From the NCBI GenBank assembly GCA_029287575.1, contig JARFQW010000188.1:19365-83364 (forward strand): a stretch of 64,000 bases of DNA, written 5' to 3'. Positions within the stretch are counted from its first letter, which is position 1. Each line of letters starts with the position of its first letter. The DNA comes from Gammaproteobacteria bacterium. Its GTDB lineage: Bacteria > Pseudomonadota > Gammaproteobacteria > Steroidobacterales > XN24. The translations under genes and the position numbers were made by a program. This document shows, piece after piece, positions 1 to 8,990 of this stretch. Below the pieces are notes generated by a model. It had not been told where the DNA came from, did no database searches, and saw only the letters and a program-made list of their open reading frames with translations.

Positions 1-1
1 C

Positions 2-463
2 CGGGCGATCGTCGCCCCCTATGAACTGGATGCCAGACGCTGCATCTCCTATCTCACGATCGAGCACCCGGGAAGCATTCCGGAAGCTCTCCGACCGGCC
101 ATCGGCAACCGCATCTACGGCTGCGACGACTGTCAGTTGTTCTGTCCCTGGAACAAGTTCGCCAGGCCCAGCCCCTTGCCTGACTGGTCGCCGCGCAACG
201 GCCTGGATGCGCCGGACCTGGTCACCCTGTTCGCCTGGTCGGAAACGGAGTTTCTGGAGCGTACCGAAGGCTCTCCGATCCGGCGGATCGGCTACGAACG
301 ATGGTCCAGAAATATCGCCGTGGCGCTGGGCAATGCACCGCCGGAAGCCGCGGTGACCGCCGCCCTTGCCAGCCGGCGGGACGACCCGTCCGTCGTCGTC
401 CGGGAGCACGTGCGCTGGGCCATGGCTCGCGAGCACGGGGATTTTCCCGTGCCGGGCGGGTGA
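2..463 (+). CDS. queG: epoxyqueuosine reductase QueG, C-terminal part (5' end lies outside the window)
   Basis: Frame 2 is open from the window edge: ...YELDARRCISYLTIEHPGSIPEALRPAIGNRIYGCDDCQLFCPWNKFA... This is the Fe-S CxxCxxxCP motif plus the typical QueG C-terminal tail. Stop at 461-463. Confidence 0.8.
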   Translation, partial: RAIVAPYELDARRCISYLTIEHPGSIPEALRPAIGNRIYGCDDCQLFCPWNKFARPSPLPDWSPRNGLDAPDLVTLFAWSETEFLERTEGSPIRRIGYERWSRNIAVALGNAPPEAAVTAALASRRDDPSVVVREHVRWAMAREHGDFPVPGG

Positions 464-514
464 TTTGCGAGTCAATTCACGGAATTACTCGACATAACTC
501 CCCACAGTGCACCC

Positions 515-1495
515 ATGGACGGAACGGACTTCGACCACAGGGACACGGTCATTGGCCCCTTTGAGGGAACCGGCGACACCGCCGATGCAGCCTACGCCGG
601 GCTTCGCCTCTTTCGGGATGTGGATCACGTGGCCGTCGGCCACTACCTCAAGCAGACCGGCCGCCGAGATCTCGCGGAAGGCGAGGTGCTGATCTCACCG
701 GATACCAGTAACACCTGCGTCTACGTGGTCCTGTCCGGTTCCCTGAACATTCACCTGGAATCGGTGGAAAACGCGCCCCTGACCACCCTCGGACCGGGCC
801 AGTGCGCGGGCGAAATGTCGCTGATCGAGGAACGGGACCCGTCAGCCTGGGTGGTGGCGGCCCGCGACAGTCACCTGATGGTCATCGATCAACGGGTGCT
901 GTGGCGCCTGATCGACCTGTCACACGCGTTCTCGCGCAACCTCCTGGTCGTGCTGTCCTCGCGGCTGCGCAAGGACAATGACGTCATAGCCGACAGCGTC
1001 GGGATCCTGCGGGAGTTCGAACGCCACGCGGTGACCGACGCGCTGACGGACCTGCACAATCGCCACTGGCTGGACGACATGTTCCGCCGGCGCATGCAGC
1101 GCTGCGCCCAATCCGGTGAGGACGCCGCGCTCATCATGGCCGACGTGGACCGGTTCAAGGCCTATAACGATCACTACGGGCACATCGCCGGCGACCGAGC
1201 CCTGCGGCTCGTCGCCGACCATCTGAAACGCCACTTCCGGCCGACCGACATGCTCGCCCGCTTCGGCGGCGACGAGTTTGCGATTCTCCTGCCCGGCGCC
1301 GCCGTCGGTGACGCGGTCACGATCGCGGAACGGGTGGTGGCGGCCGTGGCGGCCAACGAGGGCGAGGAGCCGGTAACGCTGTCGGCCGGCGTTGCCGGCA
1401 TGAAGGCCGGAGACAGCCTGGAAAGCCTGCTGCGCCGGGCGGACGACGCCCTGTACCGGGCGAAGATTGCCGGCCGCAACCGGGTCTCCTGCTAG
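515..1495 (+). CDS. cyclic-nucleotide-binding domain / GGDEF diguanylate cyclase
   Basis: The N-terminal half has a cNMP-binding fold signature (GPGQCAGEMSLIE...). The C-terminal half has DVDRFKAYND..GH..GD and the RFGGDEFAILL active site. An RxxD I-site (RPTD) lies 5 residues upstream of GGDEF. Confidence 0.85.
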   Translation: MDGTDFDHRDTVIGPFEGTGDTADAAYAGLRLFRDVDHVAVGHYLKQTGRRDLAEGEVLISPDTSNTCVYVVLSGSLNIHLESVENAPLTTLGPGQCAGEMSLIEERDPSAWVVAARDSHLMVIDQRVLWRLIDLSHAFSRNLLVVLSSRLRKDNDVIADSVGILREFERHAVTDALTDLHNRHWLDDMFRRRMQRCAQSGEDAALIMADVDRFKAYNDHYGHIAGDRALRLVADHLKRHFRPTDMLARFGGDEFAILLPGAAVGDAVTIAERVVAAVAANEGEEPVTLSAGVAGMKAGDSLESLLRRADDALYRAKIAGRNRVSC

Positions 1496-1553
1496 GCCGG
1501 TCAGCCCCGCCGCGACTGTTCCGGCCGGAGCAACCCCGGCCACGATCCATCAG

Positions 1554-1582
1554 AAAAAAGCCGGGCTCAAGGCCCGGCTTTT
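1554..1582. terminator. bidirectional rho-independent terminator between convergent GGDEF gene and panD
   Basis: AAAAAA-GCCGGGC-tcaag-GCCCGGC-TTTT: a 7-bp GC stem flanked by an A-run and a T-run, so it can terminate on either strand. Confidence 0.6.
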
Positions 1583-1604
1583 CACGTACCGTTTATCTCC
1601 GGCC

Positions 1605-1994
1605 TCAGGCAGCCTGCACCGGAATCGCGTTGGCCGTGCGGGTGACGTTGTTGTGCTCGTCACAGTAGACCAGTGTCGGCTTGTGCAGACGGGCCGCGTT
1701 CTCCGAGAGCGTTCCATAGGCGCAGATGATCACTCGATCTCCCGGCGCCGCCTTGTGCGCAGCCGCACCGTTGACCGAGATGACTTTCGATCCCGATTCC
1801 GCCCGGATGGCATAGGTCGTAAACCGCTGGCCATTAGTGACGTTGTAAATCTGGATCTGCTCATACTCCATGATGCCGGACGCCTCCAGCAGATCAGCAT
1901 CAATTGCACAGGAGCCCTCGTAATCCACCTCCGCGTGGGTCACGCAAGCCCGATGAAGCTTGGCCTTCAGCAGTGTCAGCTGCATGTGGGTCAC
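1605..1994 (-). CDS. panD: aspartate 1-decarboxylase PanD
   Basis: (MTH)[33 protein letters not shown] contains the PanD self-processing Gly-Ser site (YEGS). The start could be the ATG at 1994 or at 1985. Confidence 0.9.
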   Translation of the reverse strand: MTHMQLTLLKAKLHRACVTHAEVDYEGSCAIDADLLEASGIMEYEQIQIYNVTNGQRFTTYAIRAESGSKVISVNGAAAHKAAPGDRVIICAYGTLSENAARLHKPTLVYCDEHNNVTRTANAIPVQAA

Positions 1995-2086
1995 CTCTTT
2001 CCCGATACCGCCGGCCCGACCGCGGGCTCTCCAAGCTCCGGTCGGCTGCCTGAACGACGATCCTGTTGTCCCAGAGAAACAGGATC

Positions 2087-2953
2087 TTATATTAGGTCGA
2101 CACGCAAATTATCAATGAGTCTCGCCGCACCGAGCCGGCCCGCGGCCAGGATCACCAGCTGTCGGGATTCCTCGCCGGGCACCGCGAGAGTACCTGCGTC
2201 GCGTATCTCGACGTACTCGGGCTCGAACCCGAAGCGGGCCAAATTGTCCATGGCTGCCTGCTGTATTGCAACAATGCGCCCCGCAATTTCTGCCTCGGGG
2301 CTGGCCGATACCGCGGCCGCAGCCGCTTCGAGCGTCCGGTGCAGCTCCGGGGCCAACAACCGCTCATCCGCGGTAAGGTATTGATTTCTAGAGCTCATCG
2401 CGAGCCCGTCAGCCTCCCGCTGGGTCGGGTGACCGATCACGGTCACGGGAAAACAGAGATCGGCGACCATCCTCCGGATGATGGCGAGTTGCTGATAGTC
2501 TTTCTCTCCAAAAATGGCCGAATCCGGCTGCACGATGTTGAAAAGCTTGGCAACGACGGTGGTGACCCCGTCGAAATGCCCCGGCCGCGACCGGCCGCAA
2601 AGAATGTCGCTCAGCCCGGTCATCCTCACCCGCGTGGCCGGGTCCGGCCCCGTGGGATACATCTCGGCCACGGCGGGAGCGAACACCACGTCCACCCCGA
2701 TTCCGGACAGCGCCTCGAGGTCCGCATCCAGCGTACGGGGGTAAGTGTCGAAATCCTCGCCGGGAGCAAACTGCAGCGGATTCACGAAAATGCTGACTAC
2801 CACCCGCGGGGCCTCCGCGGCGGCCGCGGTCACCAGCGACAGGTGGCCGGCGTGCAGGTTGCCCATGGTCGGCACAAACGCAATCTTCTCGCCCGCCTCC
2901 CGCCAGCGATGGCCGGCGGCGCGCAGCGCGTCGCGTGTGCGGGCGACCTCCAC
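2087..2953 (-). CDS. panC: pantoate--beta-alanine ligase PanC
   Basis: [16 protein letters not shown] (HIGH-type motif) and FGEKDYQQL; full-length 288 aa. Confidence 0.95.
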   Translation of the reverse strand: MEVARTRDALRAAGHRWREAGEKIAFVPTMGNLHAGHLSLVTAAAAEAPRVVVSIFVNPLQFAPGEDFDTYPRTLDADLEALSGIGVDVVFAPAVAEMYPTGPDPATRVRMTGLSDILCGRSRPGHFDGVTTVVAKLFNIVQPDSAIFGEKDYQQLAIIRRMVADLCFPVTVIGHPTQREADGLAMSSRNQYLTADERLLAPELHRTLEAAAAAVSASPEAEIAGRIVAIQQAAMDNLARFGFEPEYVEIRDAGTLAVPGEESRQLVILAAGRLGAARLIDNLRVDLI

Positions 2954-2966
2954 GACATCGTCCCCC

Positions 2967-3797
2967 TTAGCTGAAACAGTGCTCGGGCGCCGGGTAGCTG
3001 CCGTCCTTCACGGCTGCCACGTACGCCGAGACCGCATCCAGGGGACTGCCTGTCTCGGCCATGAAGTCCCGGGCAAAACGCGGCTTGCGGCCGGGGGTTA
3101 CGCCGATAATGTCGTACAGCACGAGGATCTGCCCGTCCACGTCCGGCCCCGCGCCGATGCCGATCACCGGCACTGACAACTCGCTTGTGATCTCGGCCCC
3201 CAGCGCCGTCGGCACACATTCCAGGAGCACGATGTCCGCGCCGGCGTTCTGCAGGGTCAGGGCATCGGCCATCATCTCGCGCGCGGCCGACTCCTCCCTG
3301 CCCTGAACATGAAAGCCGCCGAGCTTGTGAATCGACTGGGGCGTGAGACCCAGGTGGGCGCAAACCGGGATATCCCGGCTGGCGAGAAATTCCACGGTTC
3401 GCACCTGCTCCGCGCCTCCTTCCAGCTTGACCATCTGGGCGCGGCCTTCCTGCATGATCCGGGCAGCGTTTTTCAGTGCCTGTTCGGGCAGCGCATAGCT
3501 GACGAAGGGCATATCGGCCACCAGGAACGCCCGGCCCACGCCGGCGGCGACACAACGGGTGTGATAGACCATGTGATCGACAGTGACCGGAACCGTCGTG
3601 TCGTGGCCCTGGACCACCATGCCCAGAGAGTCACCCACGAGAATCAGGTCCATGCCGGCGGCGTCCACGAGGGCGCCGAAGCTGGCGTCGTAGGCGGTCA
3701 GGCATGCGATCCGCTCCCCCGCCGCCTTCATTTCGATCAGCGTGCTGAGCGTAACCGGCGGGGCGTCCCGTTTTTGCAGGTGGCTGTAGATGCTCAT
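2967..3797 (-). CDS. panB: 3-methyl-2-oxobutanoate hydroxymethyltransferase PanB
   Basis: LTAYDASFGALVDAAGMDLILVGDSLGMVVQGHDTT..VKLEGG..HLGLTPQS is the typical PanB core. Gene order panB-panC-panD. Confidence 0.95.
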   Translation of the reverse strand: MSIYSHLQKRDAPPVTLSTLIEMKAAGERIACLTAYDASFGALVDAAGMDLILVGDSLGMVVQGHDTTVPVTVDHMVYHTRCVAAGVGRAFLVADMPFVSYALPEQALKNAARIMQEGRAQMVKLEGGAEQVRTVEFLASRDIPVCAHLGLTPQSIHKLGGFHVQGREESAAREMMADALTLQNAGADIVLLECVPTALGAEITSELSVPVIGIGAGPDVDGQILVLYDIIGVTPGRKPRFARDFMAETGSPLDAVSAYVAAVKDGSYPAPEHCFS

Positions 3798-3951
3798 CGA
3801 TAAGGGCTCATTGAACGTCGTGTCCCTCGCTGCGGTTCAAACCGACTCTTCGCGCGCCCGGCTTCCTCAGGCCAATCCGGCCCGGACTCGCGTTGGCACG
3901 ACGCGGGAATCGCGGGCGGGGTCGGGAGCATGGCTGAGGCGCCGGAAAACA

Positions 3952-4608
3952 TCAATCGCCGGCCGCGAAGGCTATCGGATTGTAGTAGTGGCGTCCGCCG
4001 CGGATCTGACGAATCATGCCAAGCAGCTCCTCATAGTCCCGGTCGTTATTGACCGGATCGATTTCGGCGGCGTTCACGATGAGAAGCGCGGTCGCCTCGT
4101 AGCGATGAAAAAACTGCATGTACGCGTAATTGAGCGAGGCCAGGTAGTTCGGCTCGATACCCTGCTCATAGCCGATGCCCCGGCGGCGGACCCGCTCCAT
4201 GAGAACCTCCACGGGCGCCTGAAGATAAACCACGAGATCCGGGGCCGGCGCGTCCAGCGAGAGCGTCCGATACACCTGGTCATAGAGCGCGTATTCGTCG
4301 TCGCCAAGTGTCAGCCGCGCGAAGATCGGGTCCTTTTCGAGCATGAAATCCGAAACCCGGGCCGGGCTGAACAGGTCGCTTTGACGCATTTCCTGGATCT
4401 GCCGGGCCCGCTGAAACAGGAAAAACAGCTGGGTCGGAAGCGCGGCCCCTTCGGGATTCTCGTAAAAGCGTTCCAGGAAGGGGTTCGTCTCGGGATTCTC
4501 GAGTACGAGCTCCGAATCGAGGCTCTCCGCCAACCGCCGGGCCAGACTGGTCTTGCCGACCCCGATCGGCCCCTCCACCACGATGTACCGCGAACCTTTT
4601 TCGCTCAC
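3952..4608 (-). CDS. deoxynucleoside kinase family protein
   Basis: P-loop VVEGPIGVGKTSLARRLAE, then ENPFLERFY and a dNK-type ERVRRRG(R)xYE lid. Its start overlaps the folK stop by 4 nt. Confidence 0.8.
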   Translation of the reverse strand: MSEKGSRYIVVEGPIGVGKTSLARRLAESLDSELVLENPETNPFLERFYENPEGAALPTQLFFLFQRARQIQEMRQSDLFSPARVSDFMLEKDPIFARLTLGDDEYALYDQVYRTLSLDAPAPDLVVYLQAPVEVLMERVRRRGIGYEQGIEPNYLASLNYAYMQFFHRYEATALLIVNAAEIDPVNNDRDYEELLGMIRQIRGGRHYYNPIAFAAGD

Positions 4609-5108
4609 ACGCGCCCCTTCGCCAATCGCCCCAGGCCGGAATCGCCGATCGCTTCGGCCAGGTCGGCCACCCGGCCGTGACCGGGAAGCCAGCAGGCCGG
4701 CGCGATCTCCGCCAGAGGCACCAGCACGAAGTTTCGCTCATGGGCGCCCGGATGGGGAAGGGTCAGCCGGGGGGTAGCCAGTTCCAGCTGACCCATGGCG
4801 ATGATGTCGAGATCCAGGGTTCTCGGACCCCAATGCGGTCCACCCCGGGTTCGTCCGTGGGCAGCCTCGATAGCCTCGAGCGCGTCCAGCAGCCGGTCCG
4901 GCTCCAGACGGGTCAGCAGACCCGCCACAGCGTTGATGAAATGAGGCTGATCCGCCGGTCCCATGGGCGCCGAAATGTACAGGCGCGAATGGCTGACCAG
5001 CCGGCATCCGGGGAGCTGGCCCAGCTCACCGATGGCCTGCTCGACCTGCCGGGACGGATCGGCCAGGTTACTCCCCAGCCCCACGAAGGCCGGTGTCCAG
5101 ACGTTCAC
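4605..5108 (-). CDS. folK: 2-amino-4-hydroxy-6-hydroxymethyldihydropteridine diphosphokinase FolK
   Basis: AFVGLGSNLADP...LDLDII...LTLPHPGAHERNFVLVPLAEI. I place the start at GTG 5108, which overlaps the pcnB stop as GTGA. The 208-aa track ORF adds an Ala/Gly/Pro-rich N-terminal run over pcnB that I do not believe. Confidence 0.85.
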   Translation of the reverse strand: MNVWTPAFVGLGSNLADPSRQVEQAIGELGQLPGCRLVSHSRLYISAPMGPADQPHFINAVAGLLTRLEPDRLLDALEAIEAAHGRTRGGPHWGPRTLDLDIIAMGQLELATPRLTLPHPGAHERNFVLVPLAEIAPACWLPGHGRVADLAEAIGDSGLGRLAKGRV

Positions 5109-6442
5109 TGGCCGGAGGTTTCGCCGCTGGCCTTTTTCGGCCGGCGCCGCCGGCGTCGGCGCCCCGCCGGCTTGGGCTGGCTCACCGCCTGCTCCCGATC
5201 GCCGGGCCCCTGGGCCTGGATGTCCGTCCACCAGCGGGCCAGTTCCGGGTCCGCATCCCCCACCTCGGCGCGTAGCACGAGCAGATCGTAGGCGGCGCGG
5301 AAGCGCGGGTGGTCCAGCGCCTTGAGCGCCCGCTTGCCACGGGTCCGGGTCAGACGCGGCTGCATCATCTGGATGTCCTTCATCGGACTGGTGATACGCC
5401 GCGGGATCGCCACCGCCGACTGCTGGTCCCGCGCGATCTCGTCACAGGCGGTGCTCAGCGCCTGCATCGGTGTGTCTCCCGCGGCCCGGCGTTCGTCTGC
5501 CCGCGCCACGGCCGGGTGCCACAGGAATACACCGAAGAGGAACATCGGCGTCACCGGCTTGCCCTGGGCCACGCGGTCATCCGTGTTCTGCACGCCCCGG
5601 CGGACCAGCGCCTCGACGGCCTCGCCATTGGGCCCGTCGATTGCGGCGTCGGTCATCGGGAACAGATAGCGGAACAGACCGTAGTGCCTGAGCAGATCGA
5701 AGGAGCGCATGCCGTGGCCGGCCAGAAAGAGCTTAAGACTCTCATCAAAGAGCCGTGCGGGCGGCACGCTTTCCAGCAGGGGAGCCAGCTCGCGGATCGG
5801 CGCCTCGGTTTCCGGGCTGATCGCAAAATCCAGCTTGGCCGCAAGACGCACGCCGCGCAGCAGGCGAACCGGATCTTCCCGGTAGCGGTCCTCCGGCTCA
5901 CCGATGAGGCGCATCAGCTTGAGACCGACATCCTCCACGCCGGTCGTGTAGTCGCATATCGAGAAGTCGGCGATGTTGTAGTAAAGGGCGTTGACCGTGA
6001 AGTCCCGTCGCCAGACGTCCTCGTCGATCGTGCCGTAGCGATTATCCCGAAGGATGCGGCCCTCGCCGTCACGCACGAGCTCGCCGGCCTCGTCGTCCAT
6101 GTCCTCGGCCTCCTGGGCCGCCCGGAAGGTTGCCACCTCGATCACTTCGCGTCCGAAGTAGACATGCGCGAGCCGAAACCGCCGGCCGATCAGCCGGCAG
6201 TTGCGAAACAACTTCCGTACATCCTCCGGCCAGGCATCGGTGACCACGTCGAAATCTTTCGGCTCCCGACCGAGCATAAGATCCCGGACGCCGCCTCCTA
6301 CGAGGAAGGCCTGATAGCCGGCTTCCTTTAGCCGGTACAGGACCTTGAGGCAGTTCCGGGAGATCTGGGACCGGGAGATGCAGTGGTCAGGCCTGGGGAC
6401 GATCGTCGGGGCGTTGGTGTTGCTTTTCGCCTCCGAATTCAA
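5105..6442 (-). CDS. pcnB: poly(A) polymerase I PcnB
   Basis: Nucleotidyltransferase head FLVGGGVRDLMLGREPKDFDVVTD, RRDFTVNALYY, and an Arg-rich C-terminus. Conserved pcnB-folK order. Confidence 0.9.
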   Translation of the reverse strand: MNSEAKSNTNAPTIVPRPDHCISRSQISRNCLKVLYRLKEAGYQAFLVGGGVRDLMLGREPKDFDVVTDAWPEDVRKLFRNCRLIGRRFRLAHVYFGREVIEVATFRAAQEAEDMDDEAGELVRDGEGRILRDNRYGTIDEDVWRRDFTVNALYYNIADFSICDYTTGVEDVGLKLMRLIGEPEDRYREDPVRLLRGVRLAAKLDFAISPETEAPIRELAPLLESVPPARLFDESLKLFLAGHGMRSFDLLRHYGLFRYLFPMTDAAIDGPNGEAVEALVRRGVQNTDDRVAQGKPVTPMFLFGVFLWHPAVARADERRAAGDTPMQALSTACDEIARDQQSAVAIPRRITSPMKDIQMMQPRLTRTRGKRALKALDHPRFRAAYDLLVLRAEVGDADPELARWWTDIQAQGPGDREQAVSQPKPAGRRRRRRRPKKASGETSGQ

Positions 6443-6456
6443 TGCTCCGCATCCAG

Positions 6457-6484
6457 TTGTGCAAACTCAAGCGGCGCGTATAAT
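6457..6484 (+). promoter_or_regulatory. candidate sigma70 promoter for tRNA-Glu
   Basis: TTGTGC (6457-6462), a 16-nt spacer, then a perfect TATAAT (6479-6484), about 44 nt upstream of the tRNA 5' end. Confidence 0.4.
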
Positions 6485-6527
6485 ACCACGCCCTTCGCGT
6501 CTCCATGCCGCGAAATTCAGGCGCAGC

Positions 6528-6602
6528 GCTCCGTTCGTCTAGGGGTTAGGACACCGGCCTCTCACGCCGGTAACAGGGGTTCGAATCCCCTACGGAGCGC
6601 CA
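6528..6602 (+). tRNA. tRNA-Glu (anticodon CUC)
   Basis: GCTCCGT/ACGGAGC acceptor stem, TCGTCTAGGGGTTAGGAC D-arm, CCGGC-CTCTCAC-GCCGG anticodon arm, AGGGGTTCGAATCCCCT T-arm and encoded CCA. It aligns position-for-position with E. coli tRNA-Glu. Confidence 0.9.
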
Positions 6603-6871
6603 CTTTCCGCCGGTCACTGCCAGTTCACTTCCAGAAATGCGCGCCGGGCCGCGCTTGCGGAGGGGCCTGGTCACAACGGACCTCCGCAAGCCGGCGACCT
6701 TCTCCAGTCACCGGGAACCTACTGCACCTCGCTGGGCGCCACGACAGCAGCGTCGGGCCCTCTGTCCGGGAACCGCTATTGCGCTCGCACTCGGGCGGAA
6801 ATCGCCAGGGCTTCCGCAGAGCGGGCTTGGCTAGAGCGACCGGCGTTGCGAAACGATTCAACTGCTCCAAG

Positions 6872-6953
6872 GCCGCCATCTCCCGCCTGGCGCGCAAGCT
6901 GCGTTCCCACAAAGCGGCCACGAAAAAGTTGAATACCTAACACCGGCACCGTT
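6872..6953. repeat. direct repeat copy 1 (pairs with 8215-8310)
   Basis: GCCGCCATCTCCCGCCTGG...AAAAAGTTGAATACCTAACACCGGCACCGTT. It shares identical 12-nt and 16-nt cores and a similar upstream ~45 nt with copy 2. A GGCAC-cgtt-GTGCC hairpin follows. Confidence 0.6.
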
Positions 6954-7113
6954 GTGCCGAAAGTCTGTTGCAGCGAGCGGGCGCCCGGGCAAGACCAGCG
7001 GCCTACGAGGTAACATGAGCACGTACGTGCACTGACGGAATCGGCGGCTGAATTGTCCCGGTCCGACCTGTAGATGACCCGGCGAATCCAACAACAACAG
7101 AGCTAAACCCTTT

Positions 7114-8142
7114 ATGTTTGGCATCCACCCGCTCCGTCTGCTGCTGCGCATGGTGCTCTGCATCGGCGCAGCCCTGTTTGTGTTGTGGGCGGTTCTGGCC
7201 CTCTGGATTGATGGACCCGTCTCGCGCACGGCTGCCGGGCTCATCATCGGCATTCTGCTGGGGGCCCTGGCCGGGGCTGTCATCTGGATCCGCCCGTTCC
7301 GGCGATCTCTGGCAGCCGTTGTCGGCTTGTGTATCGCCGTGGCGGCCTGGTGGCTGACCCTTTCGCCCGCCAACGACCGCAACTGGCAGCCGAATGTGGC
7401 GCACCTGCCCACCGCGACCCTGGATGGTTCCCTACTGACCATCAACAATGTCCGCAGTTTCCGTTACGGGGATGACGAAGCAGACGCTCAAGAGCGCTGG
7501 ATCACCGCCACCTATGACCTCGATGAGCTGGTGGGTTTCGACATCTTCTTCTCTTTCTGGGGACCTCAGGCTTACGGCCACACCATCGCCAGCTGGGAGT
7601 TTGCTGATGGTCGCCACCTGGCGGTCTCGATCGAAACCCGCAAGGAGGTGGGCGAGTCCTATTCAGCATTGCGCGGCTTCTTCCGGCAGTTCGAACTCTA
7701 CTATGTGGTGGCAGAAGAGACAGATGTGGTGGCTCTGCGGACCAATCACCGCGGTGAGCGGGTAGAGCTGCATCGGATTTTCACCCCTGATGAGGGTGAT
7801 CGGGCCATGCTTCTCGACTATGTTCAAGACATCAACGAGCTGGCCGCGAATCCCCGCTGGTACAACGCGCTGACCCAGAACTGCACCACAACCATCTGGA
7901 AACACGCCAAAGCAGTTGGCTCAAGTTTCCCGCTGGACTGGCGGCTGCTGGCCAACGGCTATGTCCTTGAACTGGCCTATCAGCTGGGCACCGTCAACAG
8001 CACGGTGAGCCTCGATGAGCTGAGACGGCGCAGCGACATTACCAAGCTCGCCATACAGAACGGCGACAGTGGTGATTTTTCCAGGAATATTCGCCAGGAA
8101 CTGCTCGAGCGGCCCACAGCCTTTCCGGCCCCACGCCCCTAG
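7114..8142 (+). CDS. DUF4105 (Lnb N-terminal periplasmic domain) family membrane protein
   Basis: N-terminal TM helices are followed by NDRNWQPN..., SIETRKEVGESYSALRGFFRQFELYYVVAEETDVVALRTNHRGE and WYNALTQNCTT. These strings are characteristic of DUF4105 as I remember the family. Confidence 0.7.
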   Translation: MFGIHPLRLLLRMVLCIGAALFVLWAVLALWIDGPVSRTAAGLIIGILLGALAGAVIWIRPFRRSLAAVVGLCIAVAAWWLTLSPANDRNWQPNVAHLPTATLDGSLLTINNVRSFRYGDDEADAQERWITATYDLDELVGFDIFFSFWGPQAYGHTIASWEFADGRHLAVSIETRKEVGESYSALRGFFRQFELYYVVAEETDVVALRTNHRGERVELHRIFTPDEGDRAMLLDYVQDINELAANPRWYNALTQNCTTTIWKHAKAVGSSFPLDWRLLANGYVLELAYQLGTVNSTVSLDELRRRSDITKLAIQNGDSGDFSRNIRQELLERPTAFPAPRP

Positions 8143-8214
8143 CGCCCACATCATGGCGATGACCTCTGTGCGGCTTCCCATCCTTTACTGATTTCGTCGC
8201 TGTCCCTGTGCCCA

Positions 8215-8310
8215 GCTGCCATCTCCCTGCTGGTGTGCGAGTTTCCGCGCCGCCCCGAAGCCGCTTCCAAAAAGTTGAATGCTTAACGAATGCTTAACAC
8301 CGGCACCGTT
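8215..8310. repeat. direct repeat copy 2 (pairs with 6872-6953)
   Basis: GCTGCCATCTCCCTGCTGG...AAAAAGTTGAATGCTTAAC(GAATGCTTAAC)ACCGGCACCGTT. It contains an internal 11-nt tandem duplication relative to copy 1. Confidence 0.6.
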
Positions 8311-8719
8311 ACCTCGGCTTCACGAGAGCCGCCTTGCCGGTGCGGCGGCCATCCGCTCCATAGCGGTGCCAGTTGCCGGTCAGGCTCGAACGTTCCCAGT
8401 AGCCCGTGCGCTCGCCGCGCTCGTTGACCTCGTCGATACGGGTCTTTGATAAGAGGTTCGGTTTCAGCGCTGCGCGCCGACGTCCATCCGCGGTCCGGAC
8501 ATCAAGCTGTTTTCGTGTATCCGGGCGCCTGTACACGGTCGCATGTTGCTCGCCTCGTGTTCCGACGATGTCGTAGCGATTCTGATCAAGCGGGCTTTGT
8601 CGAACGCTCGCGACTGTGCGGCCTTTCGAATCGGCCACGCGGTAGCTGTCTGTCTCCGGCGAGGGATCAGATCGGGCCGCGGTTGCCAACAGGAATACCA
8701 GGAGACTGCAAGCTACCAT
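8309..8719 (-). CDS. hypothetical small secreted protein
   Basis: Start taken at the internal ATG (MVACSLLVFLLATAARS...), which gives a signal-peptide-like N-terminus with GGAGG upstream. I recognise no family. The upstream part of the 203-aa track ORF runs over the non-coding tandem repeat. Confidence 0.45.
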   Translation of the reverse strand: MVACSLLVFLLATAARSDPSPETDSYRVADSKGRTVASVRQSPLDQNRYDIVGTRGEQHATVYRRPDTRKQLDVRTADGRRRAALKPNLLSKTRIDEVNERGERTGYWERSSLTGNWHRYGADGRRTGKAALVKPR

Positions 8720-8756
8720 CTTCCCGCCGGAACCTCCGGGCTCGGAGTCAAGATCT

Positions 8757-8990
8757 TCCTTGCCGGGCTGAACTGCATGGGCGGGCGGACCGGACGGGCA
8801 GAAATCTCGCTTTCGAAGCATGGGCGCGCCACCAGAGATAACACATCCCCAGCCTAGACCGCTGGAGTCGGGAAAAAAACCGCCCTGCCGAGCTGACCTG
8901 CATGGACCGGCAGACTTCACGGGCAGAAACGTCGCTTTCGAGGCCCGGAATCGCTACCAGGGAAGAGACACGCCCAGCTTGATCAAACCA
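8757..8990. repeat. two imperfect tandem copies of a ~123-bp unit in a non-coding gap
   Basis: 8757-8860 and 8880-8985 align with ~75% identity by eye. Shared blocks are TGCCGrGCTGAmCTGCATGG, ACGGGCAGAAAnnTCGCTTTCGArGC and CyACCAGrGA..ACAC..CCCAGCyTrA. Confidence 0.55.

Noticed and set aside
6577-6602. Search for a duplicated tRNA-Glu 3' end (att site) downstream
   Set aside because: I saw no second copy of GGTTCGAATCCCCTACGGAGCGCCA, or a substantial part of it, by eye in 6603-10400. An integrative-element boundary therefore cannot be claimed and needs a computational repeat search.
6383-6940. 185-aa ORF running through the tRNA-Glu gene
   Set aside because: It overlaps the tRNA and its promoter, and most of it is Arg/Ser/Gly-rich. 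Only its last ~25 codons (the repeat copy) might be a relic of a gene.
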